45,719 bases of DNA from Candidatus Nealsonbacteria bacterium (GCA_019923655.1 JAHXGL010000003.1:1-45719), one strand, 5' to 3'. Numbered from the stretch's first letter, positions 9,865-17,969 are shown. Notes: generated by a model from the sequence alone, not told the origin. Translations and numbers: made by a program.

Positions 9865-10304
9865 AGATTAATTCGGTTTAGAAAAAGAATCCCGTCTAAA
9901 TGGTCAATTTCGTGCTGAAAAACCCGAGCTGGGAGTCCTTCAGCTTTTATTTGAATTTCTTTTCCTTCTATATCAAGGGCTTTAATTTCTACTTCTCTTG
10001 CTCTTTTTATTTTCAAAAAAAGCCCTAGGAAGCTTAAACAACCTTCTTCAGCTATTTCAGTTTCTCGGCTCTTTTTAATAATCTTCGGATTGATAAATAC
10101 CTGCATTTCTTTTTCCATCTGAACCGCGATAACTCTTTTTAATTCTCCAACCTGGGGAGCGGCTAATCCTATTCCTTGATTCTTTACCATTGTTTCTTTC
10201 ATATCTTGCCCAAGTTTTCTTATATTAGCGGTAATTTCCTCCTTTCTCTGGCACTTTTTTCTCAAAATCGGATTTGGATATTTTTTTATTTCTAAAATTG
10301 CCAT
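9831..10304 (-). CDS. def: Peptide deformylase
   Basis: The three deformylase motifs are present (GIGLAAPQ, EGCLS, HEIDH). 157 aa. Confidence 0.95.
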   Translation of the reverse strand: MAILEIKKYPNPILRKKCQRKEEITANIRKLGQDMKETMVKNQGIGLAAPQVGELKRVIAVQMEKEMQVFINPKIIKKSRETEIAEEGCLSFLGLFLKIKRAREVEIKALDIEGKEIQIKAEGLPARVFQHEIDHLDGILFLNRINLWQKLWRLLKN

Positions 10305-10307
10305 ATT

Positions 10308-10694
10308 TTACTCATATCTCAAAGCGTGCATTAGCTTGAGTTTGGCTGCCTGGCGGGCCAGCAAAAAACCAGAAACAGAGCCGACTAAAAAAGCGAAAAC
10401 CAAGCCAAAAATTACAAGCTGAGGCGTGATTGATGCCTCTAAATCATCATCGCTCAATTTTAATCCTCCTATCATAGTAACCATAAAATCAGCAAATTCG
10501 CCGGGCATAATCATAATCACATCCCCGCCCACCATTTTTAATTGTTTTTCAATAGAATTTCTCACCCCCTCGCTTAAAGAAACCATTGAAATAATTAAAA
10601 AAACGCCAATAACTATGCCAAGAATGGTTAGCCAGCTTCTAATTTGCCTTGATCTAAGATTCCTTAAAGCAATTTTGAAATAATCTATAAACAT
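10308..10694 (-). pseudogene. Internally deleted MacB/FtsX-type ABC transporter permease (128 aa versus roughly 400 aa expected)
   Basis: The N-terminus (ALRNLRSRQIRSWLTILGIVIGV, TM1 plus the start of the periplasmic domain) runs in frame into the family C-terminus (GFLLARQAAKLKLMHALRYE). The middle two TM segments are missing. Confidence 0.7.
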
Positions 10695-10695
10695 T

Positions 10696-10926
10696 TTAAA
10701 TTTGTTTTAAAATTTCAAGATATTCATCGGGCTCAATACGTAAAATTCGAAGATTGTTTCGAATAATAAAAACCGGCAGCTCTCTTTCTCTGGGAATAAC
10801 TACCGGACGTTTTAAGTCTTCTCGCCAATAAATTCGATGGTCTCCCTTTTCTCTTTTAAGGTGGCAACCAATGAATAAAAGAAATTTTTCAAATTTTCTC
10901 CATGAAATCGATATTAAATGAGCCAT
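10696..10926 (-). CDS. hicA: HicA-family mRNA interferase toxin
   Basis: 76 aa with a YcfA/HicA pattern (KGDHRIY, VVIPRERELP). It lies 3 nt downstream of the hicB-like gene. Confidence 0.8.
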   Translation of the reverse strand: MAHLISISWRKFEKFLLFIGCHLKREKGDHRIYWREDLKRPVVIPRERELPVFIIRNNLRILRIEPDEYLEILKQI

Positions 10927-10929
10927 ACA

Positions 10930-11217
10930 TTATTTTGCTGGCACTTGAACCATTTGTAATTCCTGAGAAATCAGTACTGGTGGATTCCATTTTGCTTGAA
11001 CCCGTTTCCAGCCCAAATCTCGCAAAACTTCATCCAAAGTACCTTTTTTAATAAGTTCTTCAAAAAAGATATTAACGATTTCATCAAATCGTCTTTTAAC
11101 TTCTTCATAGCTTTTTCCAGAAGTAGATAAATCAAGAACTGGCGTATAAGCGACATATTTTTTACCTTCTCGAAGAATAGAAACAGGAAGTTTAAAATTT
11201 AACATAAGTTTTCTCAT
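10930..11217 (-). CDS. hicB: HicB-like (UPF0150) antitoxin
   Basis: 95 aa. The N-terminal HicB/UPF0150 fold pattern is present (KYVAYTPVLDLSTSGKSYEE) and the gene is adjacent to hicA. An alternative ATG lies at 11205. Confidence 0.7.
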   Translation of the reverse strand: MRKLMLNFKLPVSILREGKKYVAYTPVLDLSTSGKSYEEVKRRFDEIVNIFFEELIKKGTLDEVLRDLGWKRVQAKWNPPVLISQELQMVQVPAK

Positions 11218-11226
11218 ATATTCTAT

Positions 11227-11254
11227 ATAATAACAAAGCAGGTAAACTTGTCAA
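11227..11254 (-). promoter_or_regulatory. Sigma70-like promoter of hicBA
   Basis: In minus sense: TTGACA (11254-11249), 16 nt, TATTAT (11232-11227). The -10 box is only 9 nt from the ATG at 11217. Confidence 0.5.
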
Positions 11255-11275
11255 ATTCTATAAAAATTTTGAGTA

Positions 11276-11469
11276 TCATACAAGCTGACCGTCTTTTATG
11301 TTGATTATTTTCTGGCTGTAGCTGGCGATATTGGAATCATGGGTAACTACTATAATTGTCTTTTGTTTTTTTTGGTGAAGTTCGGTCAAGATTTCCATAA
11401 CCTGTTTTCCTGTTTTGCCAATACCTGCCCTGCTTTCACCTCTTAGCCAACCTCTATTTTTTTAGACAT
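11276..11469 (-). pseudogene. Remnant of an ABC transporter ATP-binding gene (MacB/LolD type)
   Basis: Manual translation gives MSKKIEVG* then EVKAGQV (the pre-Walker-A region), joined out of frame to the family C-terminus GKTGKQVMEILTELHQKKQKTIIVVTHDSNIASYSQKIINIKDGQLV*. The Walker A to D-loop region is deleted. Confidence 0.7.
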
Positions 11470-11472
11470 TGG

Positions 11473-11850
11473 TCAATTTATTTTTTTATTTTTATCTTTT
11501 TTAATTAAAACCCTGCGCCAGTCTGAATAAGAAAAAATACCCTGAAAAATCAACCCTCCTAAAAATCCGAAAGAAAAATGGGGAAAAGGCAGAAATTGAT
11601 GCCAAAGAGCAAAAATTAAAACCATTAAACCCAATAGCCAATGATGTAAATGCAGCCGATAATCACCAACATTAAAAGCAATTGATTTTATTTTTCCGGG
11701 ACAACCGGTTTGCTTCCCTGAAAGAAACTTGGTAATAAAATAACCAAAAAGGGTTCCGAAATAAATTTCCAGCGAAACCAAAGCCAAAGGAAGCCCTAAA
11801 AGAACTTTTGATTTTTTAATTTTTCTAATGTTAATTTTTTTATATAACAT
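11473..11850 (-). CDS. Small membrane protein, function unknown
   Basis: 125 aa with 3-4 hydrophobic segments and an HLHHW motif. No family recognised. Confidence 0.5.
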   Translation of the reverse strand: MLYKKINIRKIKKSKVLLGLPLALVSLEIYFGTLFGYFITKFLSGKQTGCPGKIKSIAFNVGDYRLHLHHWLLGLMVLIFALWHQFLPFPHFSFGFLGGLIFQGIFSYSDWRRVLIKKDKNKKIN

Positions 11851-11895
11851 AACTATCTAAGTTCTAACACATATTTCTTAAAATTTCCAACAAGA

Positions 11896-11967
11896 CGGGG
11901 GTACCAGGACTCGAACCTGGAAAATGGGTTTTGGAGACCCACAGTTTACCAATTAACTTATACCCCC
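11896..11967 (-). tRNA. tRNA-Trp (anticodon CCA)
   Basis: Manual cloverleaf: GGGGGTA/TACCCCC acceptor, anticodon loop CTCCAAA, T-arm CCAGG-TTCGAGT-CCTGG. CCA is not encoded. Confidence 0.9.
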
Positions 11968-12011
11968 GCGAAAAAAGCGCTATGTTAAAGACCGCTGTAA
12001 ACTACAGATCT

Positions 12012-12173
12012 CTACTTCTTCGTTTCTTTGTGTAAAATATGTTTTCGGCACCACTTACAGAATTTTTTCAATTCTAACTTCTTCTCAACCAATTTTGATT
12101 TATGGCTGAAATAATTTATTCTTTTGCACCCTGAACATTGAAGTTTTACAAATGGTTTTCTTTTTACTGGCAT
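12012..12173 (-). CDS. rpmG: 50S ribosomal protein L33
   Basis: Not in the ORF track (53 aa). Translation: MPVKRKPFVKLQCSGCKRINYFSHKSKLVEKKLELKKFCKWCRKHILHKETKK. It has the L33 CxxC...CxxC zinc ribbon and the LELKK(F/Y)C..C(R)KH..HKE(T)K signature. Confidence 0.9.
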   Translation of the reverse strand: MPVKRKPFVKLQCSGCKRINYFSHKSKLVEKKLELKKFCKWCRKHILHKETKK

Positions 12174-12193
12174 AATTATGTTTTACGAAATTA

Positions 12194-12266
12194 AGCCAGG
12201 AGCGAGGCTCGAACTCGCGGCCTTTCCCTTACCATGGGAATGCTCTGCCAACTGAGCTATCCTGGC
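12194..12266 (-). tRNA. tRNA-Thr (anticodon GGT)
   Basis: Manual cloverleaf: GCCAGGA/TCCTGGC acceptor, D-arm GCTC-AGTTGGCA-GAGC, anticodon loop ATGGTAA, T-arm GCGAG-TTCGAGC-CTCGC. Confidence 0.9.
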
Positions 12267-12271
12267 GCTTG

Positions 12272-12355
12272 TGGGTGTGACTGGAGTCGAACCAGCTGGG
12301 CTAAAAAAGCAATGGTTTTACAGACCATCCCCGCGCCGTACGGGACTACACACCC
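12272..12355 (-). tRNA. tRNA-Tyr (anticodon GTA), class II with long variable arm
   Basis: GGGTGTG/CACACCC acceptor, anticodon arm ATGGT-CTGTAAA-ACCAT, long variable arm, T-loop TTCGACT. Confidence 0.88.
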
Positions 12356-12381
12356 TTTTCATTATTTTAGCACGCAAATAA

Positions 12382-13089
12382 CTATTTTCCAATGGTTTTT
12401 TGGTGCTTTGTCCGCCACTCCTCTATTTTTTTATGATTTCCGGAAATTAAAACTTTCGGCACCCGCCAAATTTTCGCTTTGCGAAATTTAGACGGGCAAG
12501 CTTTCCGTTTTTTAATACATCTGTTAGGATTAAATATTTCGGGGCGCGTATATTGCGGATATTCAATAAATCCTTTGGTTTTAGTAATCCTTTCTTTTAA
12601 TAATTGAGGTTTCCCTAAAACACCGGGAATCAACCGACAAACCGTTTCCATTATTACCATTGCCGGCAAATCCCCTCCCATTAAATCATAATCCCCTATT
12701 GATAATTCAATATCAGCAATATATTTTGCCGCTCTTTCATCTACCCCCTCATACCTGCCGCAGATCATTATTATTTGGTCTAATTTTGAAAGCTGATAAG
12801 CTATTTTCTGATTAAATTTCTTTCCCCTCGGCGTAAATAAAACAACTTTAGTTTTTTTCTTTTTTTTTATTTCATTTACCGCCCTATAAATCGGTTCAAT
12901 CTTAAAAACCATTCCCAATCCCCCGCCAAAAGGCTTGTCATCAATACTTTTATGTTTATTATAACTCCATTTCCGTAAATTATGAATTTTAATTTTAATT
13001 AAACGTTTTTTTTGAGCACGGGCAATTAAGCTTTCCCCTAAAAAAGAATTGAATATCTCTGGAAAAATCGTAATAATATCAAAAATCAT
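12382..13089 (-). CDS. trmD: tRNA (guanine37-N1)-methyltransferase
   Basis: N-terminus FDIITIFPEIF and a TrmD knot region (GGDLPAMV, ISGNHKKIEEWR). 235 aa. Confidence 0.93.
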   Translation of the reverse strand: MIFDIITIFPEIFNSFLGESLIARAQKKRLIKIKIHNLRKWSYNKHKSIDDKPFGGGLGMVFKIEPIYRAVNEIKKKKKTKVVLFTPRGKKFNQKIAYQLSKLDQIIMICGRYEGVDERAAKYIADIELSIGDYDLMGGDLPAMVIMETVCRLIPGVLGKPQLLKERITKTKGFIEYPQYTRPEIFNPNRCIKKRKACPSKFRKAKIWRVPKVLISGNHKKIEEWRTKHQKTIGK

Positions 13090-13096
13090 ATAAATT

Positions 13097-13120
13097 TTCC
13101 AAATCTTGTCAGATTTGGAA
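13097..13120 (-). repeat. UUCCAAAUC...GAUUUGGAA hairpin 7 nt upstream of the trmD start codon
   Basis: ttccaaatct (13097-13106) pairs with agatttggaa (13111-13120), loop tgtc. It shares the stem sequence of the four hairpins at 15352-15489. Confidence 0.8.
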
Positions 13121-13122
13121 CA

Positions 13123-13170
13123 ATAAAAAAAACAGCGCTGTTTCTTATAATAGCGCTGTTTTCTTTTTTT
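13123..13170 (-). terminator. Rho-independent terminator after the KH-domain gene (bidirectional in appearance)
   Basis: 9-bp stem aacagcgct/agcgctgtt (13131-13139 / 13152-13160), flanked by an A8 run on one side and a T-rich run on the other. Confidence 0.75.
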
Positions 13171-13192
13171 GTCTATCCTTAGATTAAAACCC

Positions 13193-13501
13193 TTACAGTT
13201 TTAAGTCTTCAAGACCTTGTTCTTTTCCTTGAACATCTTTGCCTCCGGCCGGTTCTTCAATCTTTAAGTTCACTCGGGCGTGAGCTCTCAGACCAATAAT
13301 TCGAACCAAGCTTCTGATCGCTCTAGCAGTAGAACCGCTTCGGCCAATAATTTGGCCCATATCTTTAGGGTTTACTTTCAAAGAAAGCAAGACTCCCATT
13401 TCATCAATTTTGCGATCAATTTTGACATCTTCTGGATAGTCAACTAAAGCTTTAACAATAAACTCAAGGAAATCCTGATCATTTGTCTTTTTCTCTACCA
13501 T
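13193..13501 (-). CDS. KH-domain RNA-binding protein (YlqC/UPF0109 family)
   Basis: 102 aa. It has a KH GxxG-type motif (IGRSGSTARAIRSL), and this gene family is classically linked with trmD. Confidence 0.85.
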   Translation of the reverse strand: MVEKKTNDQDFLEFIVKALVDYPEDVKIDRKIDEMGVLLSLKVNPKDMGQIIGRSGSTARAIRSLVRIIGLRAHARVNLKIEEPAGGKDVQGKEQGLEDLKL

Positions 13502-13648
13502 AAATCTTTTTCGGAAATTAACTGATAATCTTTACGCGTTTTTGATAATATTTCTCGACCTTTCTATCTAATAGTATGACTATTCCCCACGAATTCAAGG
13601 GCTTCTACGGATTGAATACCGAAGCATTGTAGCCCCAATGCTAGCAAT

Positions 13649-13677
13649 ATTTTACCATAGGAAGAAAAAGATGTCAA
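13649..13677 (-). promoter_or_regulatory. Strong sigma70-like promoter with extended -10, about 140 nt upstream of the KH-domain gene
   Basis: In minus sense: TTGACA (13677-13672), 17 nt, TAAAAT (13654-13649), with TGG immediately upstream of the -10 box. Confidence 0.65.
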
Positions 13678-13702
13678 GCATTGCGTTTGCTACCATCCCC
13701 AG

Positions 13703-14140
13703 CTACATCTTTATCTCAATATCAACCCCGGCTGGCAGGTTTAAATTCATTAAAGCGTCAATCACTTTCGTGTTAGGGCTTAAAATATCAATCAGTCTTT
13801 TATGAGTTCGCATTTCAAACTGCTCCCTGCTGTCTTTGTGAATAAAAGAGGATCTATTAACCGTATATTTATCAGTATCGGTTGGTAAAGGAATCGGGCC
13901 TGAAACTTCTGCGCCATAACGCATGGCAACTTCAATAATCTGACGAGATCCTTCGTCAATCACCTTATGGTCATAAGCCCGAAGCTTAATCCTTATCTTC
14001 GGTTTTGCTTCACTCTCTTCTGCTATGTTCTTTTTACTGGTCATCTTTTTATTCCTTATCTCTTCTGCTATGTTCTTTTTACTGGTTATTATCTTCGGTT
14101 TTGCTTCACTCTCTTCTGCTATGTTCTTTTTACTGGTCAT
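13703..14140 (-). CDS. rpsJ: 30S ribosomal protein S10 with a duplicated N-terminal extension
   Basis: The S10 core is present ([15 protein letters not shown]...[10 protein letters not shown]). The ORF has in-frame ATGs at 14140 and 14044 because of a 96-bp tandem duplication, so the true start is uncertain. Confidence 0.9.
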   Translation of the reverse strand: MTSKKNIAEESEAKPKIITSKKNIAEEIRNKKMTSKKNIAEESEAKPKIRIKLRAYDHKVIDEGSRQIIEVAMRYGAEVSGPIPLPTDTDKYTVNRSSFIHKDSREQFEMRTHKRLIDILSPNTKVIDALMNLNLPAGVDIEIKM

Positions 14141-14148
14141 CTTTTTAT
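13993..14148 (-). repeat. 96-bp tandem duplication covering the rpsJ start region and the tuf stop codon
   Basis: 13993-14052 is identical (60/60) to 14089-14148. A third partial copy (about 28 nt) lies at 14059-14086. Confidence 0.95.
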
Positions 14149-15344
14149 GTTAATACTTTAGTCACTACTCCGGCTCCCACTGTCCTTCCTCCTTCTCTAA
14201 TGGCAAATCTCTGCTTCTCTTCCATAGCAATCGGCACAATCAACTTTATTTTCAGGTTTACTGTATCACCGGGCATAACCATTTCTGTGCCTTCTGGCAA
14301 GGAAACATTTCCGGTAACATCAGTTGTTCTAAAATAAAGCTGGGGCTTATAACCGGTAAAAAATGGAGTGTGGCGACCACCTTCTTCTTTGGTTAAAATA
14401 TAAGTTTCGCTTTCAAATTCAATATGCGGCGTAATTGAACCTGGTTTAGCTAAAACTTGGCCTCTTTCAATATCCTCTTTTTTCAATCCGCGAAGCAAAA
14501 CGCCGACATTATCTCCGGCCCGGCCTTCGTCTAAAATTTTATTGAACATTTCCATACTCACGGCAACTGTTTTGGTTGTCGGCTTAACCCCAACAACCTC
14601 TACCTCCTCATTGGCCCGAACAATTCCCCTCTCAACTCTTCCAGTCGCTACAGTGCCTCGACCAGCAATAGAAAAAACATCTTCAACAGCCATTAAAAAA
14701 GGCTTGTCTATCTCCCGAATTGGTTCCGGGATAAAACTATCTACTGCTTTGACTAATTCTAAAATTGGTTTTATTGCTTCATCGTCAATAGAATTCGCTT
14801 CAAGGGCTTTCAGGGCCGAACCTCGGATAATCGGTGTTTCATCTCCTGGAAATTTATATTTATTCAATAATTCTCTTATTTCCGATTCTACCAAATCAAT
14901 AATATCCGGATCGCTAACCAAGTCGCATTTATTAAGAAAAACCACAATTGAAGGCAAGCCAACCTGGCGCGCCAAAAGAATATGTTCTCTTGTTTGGGGC
15001 ATTGGGCCATCAGACGCTGAAACAACCAAAATTGCTCCATCCATCTGCGCCGCGCCGGTAATCATATTTTTAATATAGTCAGCGTGGCCCGGACAGTCAA
15101 TCCAGGCGTAATGCCTTTTAGTAGAATCAAACTCAACATGAGTAACATTAATCGTTAACCCGCGAGCTTTTTCTTCCGGAGCAGAATCAATTTGGTCTAC
15201 TGATTTTTCTGTTGCTTTAAAGCCGGCTAATTTCTGAACCTTAAGAACCGCTGCCGTTAAAGTAGTTTTTCCGTGGTCAACATGGCCAATAGAGCCAATA
15301 TTAAGATGGGGTTTTTCCCTTATAAATTTTTCTTTTTCCGCCAT
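14145..15344 (-). CDS. tuf: Elongation factor Tu
   Basis: [15 protein letters not shown] and NKCD motifs. The canonical start [17 protein letters not shown] is at 15344. The longer ORF reaching 15395 begins at a TTG inside the hairpin repeats. Confidence 0.97.
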   Translation of the reverse strand: MAEKEKFIREKPHLNIGSIGHVDHGKTTLTAAVLKVQKLAGFKATEKSVDQIDSAPEEKARGLTINVTHVEFDSTKRHYAWIDCPGHADYIKNMITGAAQMDGAILVVSASDGPMPQTREHILLARQVGLPSIVVFLNKCDLVSDPDIIDLVESEIRELLNKYKFPGDETPIIRGSALKALEANSIDDEAIKPILELVKAVDSFIPEPIREIDKPFLMAVEDVFSIAGRGTVATGRVERGIVRANEEVEVVGVKPTTKTVAVSMEMFNKILDEGRAGDNVGVLLRGLKKEDIERGQVLAKPGSITPHIEFESETYILTKEEGGRHTPFFTGYKPQLYFRTTDVTGNVSLPEGTEMVMPGDTVNLKIKLIVPIAMEEKQRFAIREGGRTVGAGVVTKVLT

Positions 15345-15351
15345 AATTTTA

Positions 15352-15489
15352 TAGTCTTCCAAATCCCTTTGGGATTTGGAAACGAAGTCTTCCAAATCCC
15401 CTGAAAGGATTTGGAAACTTTAGTCTTCCAAATCCCTTTGGGATTTGGAAACGAAGTCTTCCAAATCCTATTTATTTAGGATTTCAGAA
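15352..15489 (-). repeat. Array of four UUCCAAAUCC...GGAUUUGGAA stem-loops in the fusA-tuf spacer
   Basis: Stems at 15357-66/15371-81, 15390-99/15407-16, 15426-35/15440-50 and 15459-69/15478-89 (the last imperfect). 15352-15399 is identical to 15421-15468 (48/48, period 69). Confidence 0.9.
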
Positions 15490-15540
15490 TATTATTTATC
15501 TTATTATCTTTCGACCTTTTCCATAATTCAGAAAAGAAAA

Positions 15541-17658
15541 TTATCTTCTCTTTCCTTCAATGATTTCCTGAATAATATTAGCTGGCGCCTCTTCATAGCT
15601 GTTAAATTCCATTGTAAATATTCCCCTGCCTTCTGTCAAGCTCCGCAAGCTGGTGGCATAGCCAAACATTTCCGCTAAAGGCACTTTAGCATTTATGACT
15701 TTCATTTGCAAGCGGTCAAAAGTTTCTTCAATCTTTCCTCTTCTGGCTGAAAGGTCGCCAATAACATCGCCGAAAAAAACATCTGGCATCACTACTTCTA
15801 ATTTCATCATTGGCTCTAATATAATTGGTTCGGCTTTTTTGACTGCTTCTTGAAAAGCTATTGAGCCGGCAATCTTAAAAGCGATTTCTGAAGAATCCAC
15901 TTCATGAAAAGAACCATCATAAAGAGTGGCTGAAATATCCACCACTGGATAACCAGCCAAAATTCCTTTATCCATTGCCTCTTTTATTCCTTTATTCACC
16001 GCTGGAATAAATTCTTTGGGAATATCTCCGCCTTTTATCTCGTCAATAAACTCATACCCTTCTCCCCTTGCTTTTGGCTCTATTCTTAACAAGACATGGC
16101 CATACTGTCCTCTGCCGCCTGACTGCTTGATGTATTTTCCTTCAGCCTTGCTTTCTATTTTAATTGTTTCTTTATAAGCAACCTGGGGCCTGCCAACATT
16201 GGCGCCTACCTTAAACTCTCTTTTCATTCTATCAGTAATAATCTCTAAATGCAACTCTCCCATTCCAGAGATAATTGTTTCTCCTGTTTCTAAGTCTGAT
16301 TTAACTCTGAAAGTCGGGTCCTCGTCCATTAATCTTTTCAAGGCAGTTCCCATTTTCTCTTGGTCCTGCTTGGTCTTGGGCTCTATCCTAATGGCAATAA
16401 CCGGCTCTGGGAAAACAATTTTTTCCAGAACAATCGGCTCTTTTTCATCACAAAGAGTATGGCCGGTAGAACTTGCTTTTAGCCCAACCGTAGCGGCAAT
16501 ATCGCCGGTAAAAACTTGCTCCACATCCTCTCGTTCCGCGGCGTGCATTCTTAAAATTCTGCCAATTCTTTCTTTGTTACCGGTTGTTGAATTTAAAACA
16601 TAAGAGCCTTTTGCAAGGCAACCAGAATAGACTCGGAAATAGGTTAAAGTACCAACATAGGGATCAGACGCGATCTTAAAAATTAAAGCGGAAAATGCTT
16701 GCTTATCATCTGCTTTTCTCTCTATTTCTAAACCTTTTTTCGGATCAAAGCCCTTTATTGCAGGCATATCAATCGGACTGGGAAGATATTCAATTATTCC
16801 ATCTAACAATAAATGGATTCCTTTGTTTTTCAGGGCAGAACCGCAAAATATTGGAATTAATTTATAAGCAAGGCAGGCTTTTCTTAATCCGTTTTTTAAT
16901 TCATTAACAGAAGGCTCTTGTCCGTCTAAATGTTTTTCCAATAAATCCTGGTCTTCAGCAATAATTTTCTCTACTAATTTTTCGCGGCTTTGTTTTGCTT
17001 TTTCTAACAGCTCCTTTGAAATTCCCGCTCCTTCTAAATAGTCCTCGTCTATGGGTATAATCTTCATATTCTGCCCAAAATCTCCCTCAAACCTATTTGC
17101 CTTCATTTCCAATAAATCAATTATTCCTTCAAATTCAGCCTCTTGGCCAATTGGCAATTGAACAGCCACCGCGTTAGAAGAAAGTTTTTCCTGAATTGAC
17201 GCTAAGCTTTTTTCAAAACAAGCGCCGATTCTGTCCATTTTGTTAATAAAACAAATTCTGGGCACCTTAAATTTATCTGCCTGATGCCAGACTGTTTCTG
17301 ATTGCGGTTCTACTCCGGCAACACCGTCAAAAACCACGACCGCGCCGTCTAAAACTCTTAAAGAGCGTTGAACCTCTGCAGTAAAATCAATATGACCAGG
17401 CGTATCAATAATATTTATCCGATACTCATTTCCAGCTAATGTCCAAAAACAAGTGGTGGCAGCTGAAGTAATGGTAATTCCCCTTTCTTTTTCCTGCTCC
17501 ATCCAATCCATAATTGCTTTGCCGTCGTGAACTTCGCCAATTTTATGAGAGACTCCAGTATAAAATAAAATCCGCTCACTAACCGTTGTTTTACCGGCAT
17601 CAATATGAGCAATAATGCCAATATCGCGAGTTTTTTCAATTGGATATTTCCTAAACAT
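15541..17658 (-). CDS. fusA: Elongation factor G
   Basis: 705 aa. [14 protein letters not shown] and NKMD motifs, with EF-G domains II-V recognisable. Confidence 0.97.
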   Translation of the reverse strand: MFRKYPIEKTRDIGIIAHIDAGKTTVSERILFYTGVSHKIGEVHDGKAIMDWMEQEKERGITITSAATTCFWTLAGNEYRINIIDTPGHIDFTAEVQRSLRVLDGAVVVFDGVAGVEPQSETVWHQADKFKVPRICFINKMDRIGACFEKSLASIQEKLSSNAVAVQLPIGQEAEFEGIIDLLEMKANRFEGDFGQNMKIIPIDEDYLEGAGISKELLEKAKQSREKLVEKIIAEDQDLLEKHLDGQEPSVNELKNGLRKACLAYKLIPIFCGSALKNKGIHLLLDGIIEYLPSPIDMPAIKGFDPKKGLEIERKADDKQAFSALIFKIASDPYVGTLTYFRVYSGCLAKGSYVLNSTTGNKERIGRILRMHAAEREDVEQVFTGDIAATVGLKASSTGHTLCDEKEPIVLEKIVFPEPVIAIRIEPKTKQDQEKMGTALKRLMDEDPTFRVKSDLETGETIISGMGELHLEIITDRMKREFKVGANVGRPQVAYKETIKIESKAEGKYIKQSGGRGQYGHVLLRIEPKARGEGYEFIDEIKGGDIPKEFIPAVNKGIKEAMDKGILAGYPVVDISATLYDGSFHEVDSSEIAFKIAGSIAFQEAVKKAEPIILEPMMKLEVVMPDVFFGDVIGDLSARRGKIEETFDRLQMKVINAKVPLAEMFGYATSLRSLTEGRGIFTMEFNSYEEAPANIIQEIIEGKRR

Positions 17659-17686
17659 TATAGTTTATTATTATAATTCAAAATAT

Positions 17687-17798
17687 AAAAAAAACAAGCC
17701 CCTTCACATCGGCTGTCTGGAGTCAGACCCCGCAATTCTTGCAAGTCCGTTGTGCTTAAAGGGGTCAGACCCCGCAATGATTTGCGGGGTCTGACCCC
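17687..17798 (-). repeat. GC-rich palindrome region between the tRNA cluster and fusA, ending in a U-run
   Basis: Perfect 17-bp inverted repeat ggggtcagaccccgcaa / ttgcggggtctgacccc (17761-17777 / 17782-17798). A third copy of gtcagaccccgcaa lies at 17722-17735. The A8 run at 17687-17694 reads as U8 in minus sense. A TATAAT box lies 11 nt before the fusA ATG. Confidence 0.8.
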
Positions 17799-17808
17799 AA
17801 TTACATTG

Positions 17809-17883
17809 CGGACCCGATGGGATTTGAACCCACGATCTTCCCCGTGACAGGGGGATGTGTTAACCAAGCTACACCACAGGTCC
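17809..17883 (-). tRNA. tRNA-Asp (anticodon GTC)
   Basis: GGACCTG/CGGGTCC acceptor, anticodon loop CTGTCAC, T-arm GTGGG-TTCAAAT-CCCAT. Confidence 0.9.
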
Positions 17884-17884
17884 A

Positions 17885-17960
17885 TGGTGCCGATGGCTGG
17901 AATCGAACCAACGACCTTGGCCTTATGAAGACCCTGCTCTAACCACTGAGCTACACCGGC
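17885..17960 (-). tRNA. tRNA-Met or tRNA-Ile2 (anticodon CAT), CCA encoded
   Basis: GCCGGTG/CATCGGC acceptor with a G1-C72 pair, so not an initiator. Anticodon loop TTCATAA, T-loop TTCGATT, 3' ACCA encoded. Only 1 nt separates it from tRNA-Asp. Confidence 0.85.
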
Positions 17961-17969
17961 CAAAACTTG

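Noticed and set aside
12234-12491. 85-aa plus-strand ORF
   Set aside because: It is antisense to tRNA-Thr, tRNA-Tyr and the trmD 3' end. There are no coding features.
15345-15395. 17-codon N-terminal extension of tuf in the ORF track
   Set aside because: It starts at a TTG inside the hairpin repeats. The canonical EF-Tu N-terminus ([17 protein letters not shown]) begins at the ATG at 15344.
1390-16907. Numerous 60-180-aa plus-strand ORFs inside leuS, lepA, tatD, tuf (178 aa at 14542-15078), fusA and others
   Set aside because: All are antisense to strongly supported conserved genes and have low-complexity S/I/F/L-rich translations typical of shadow frames in AT-rich DNA.
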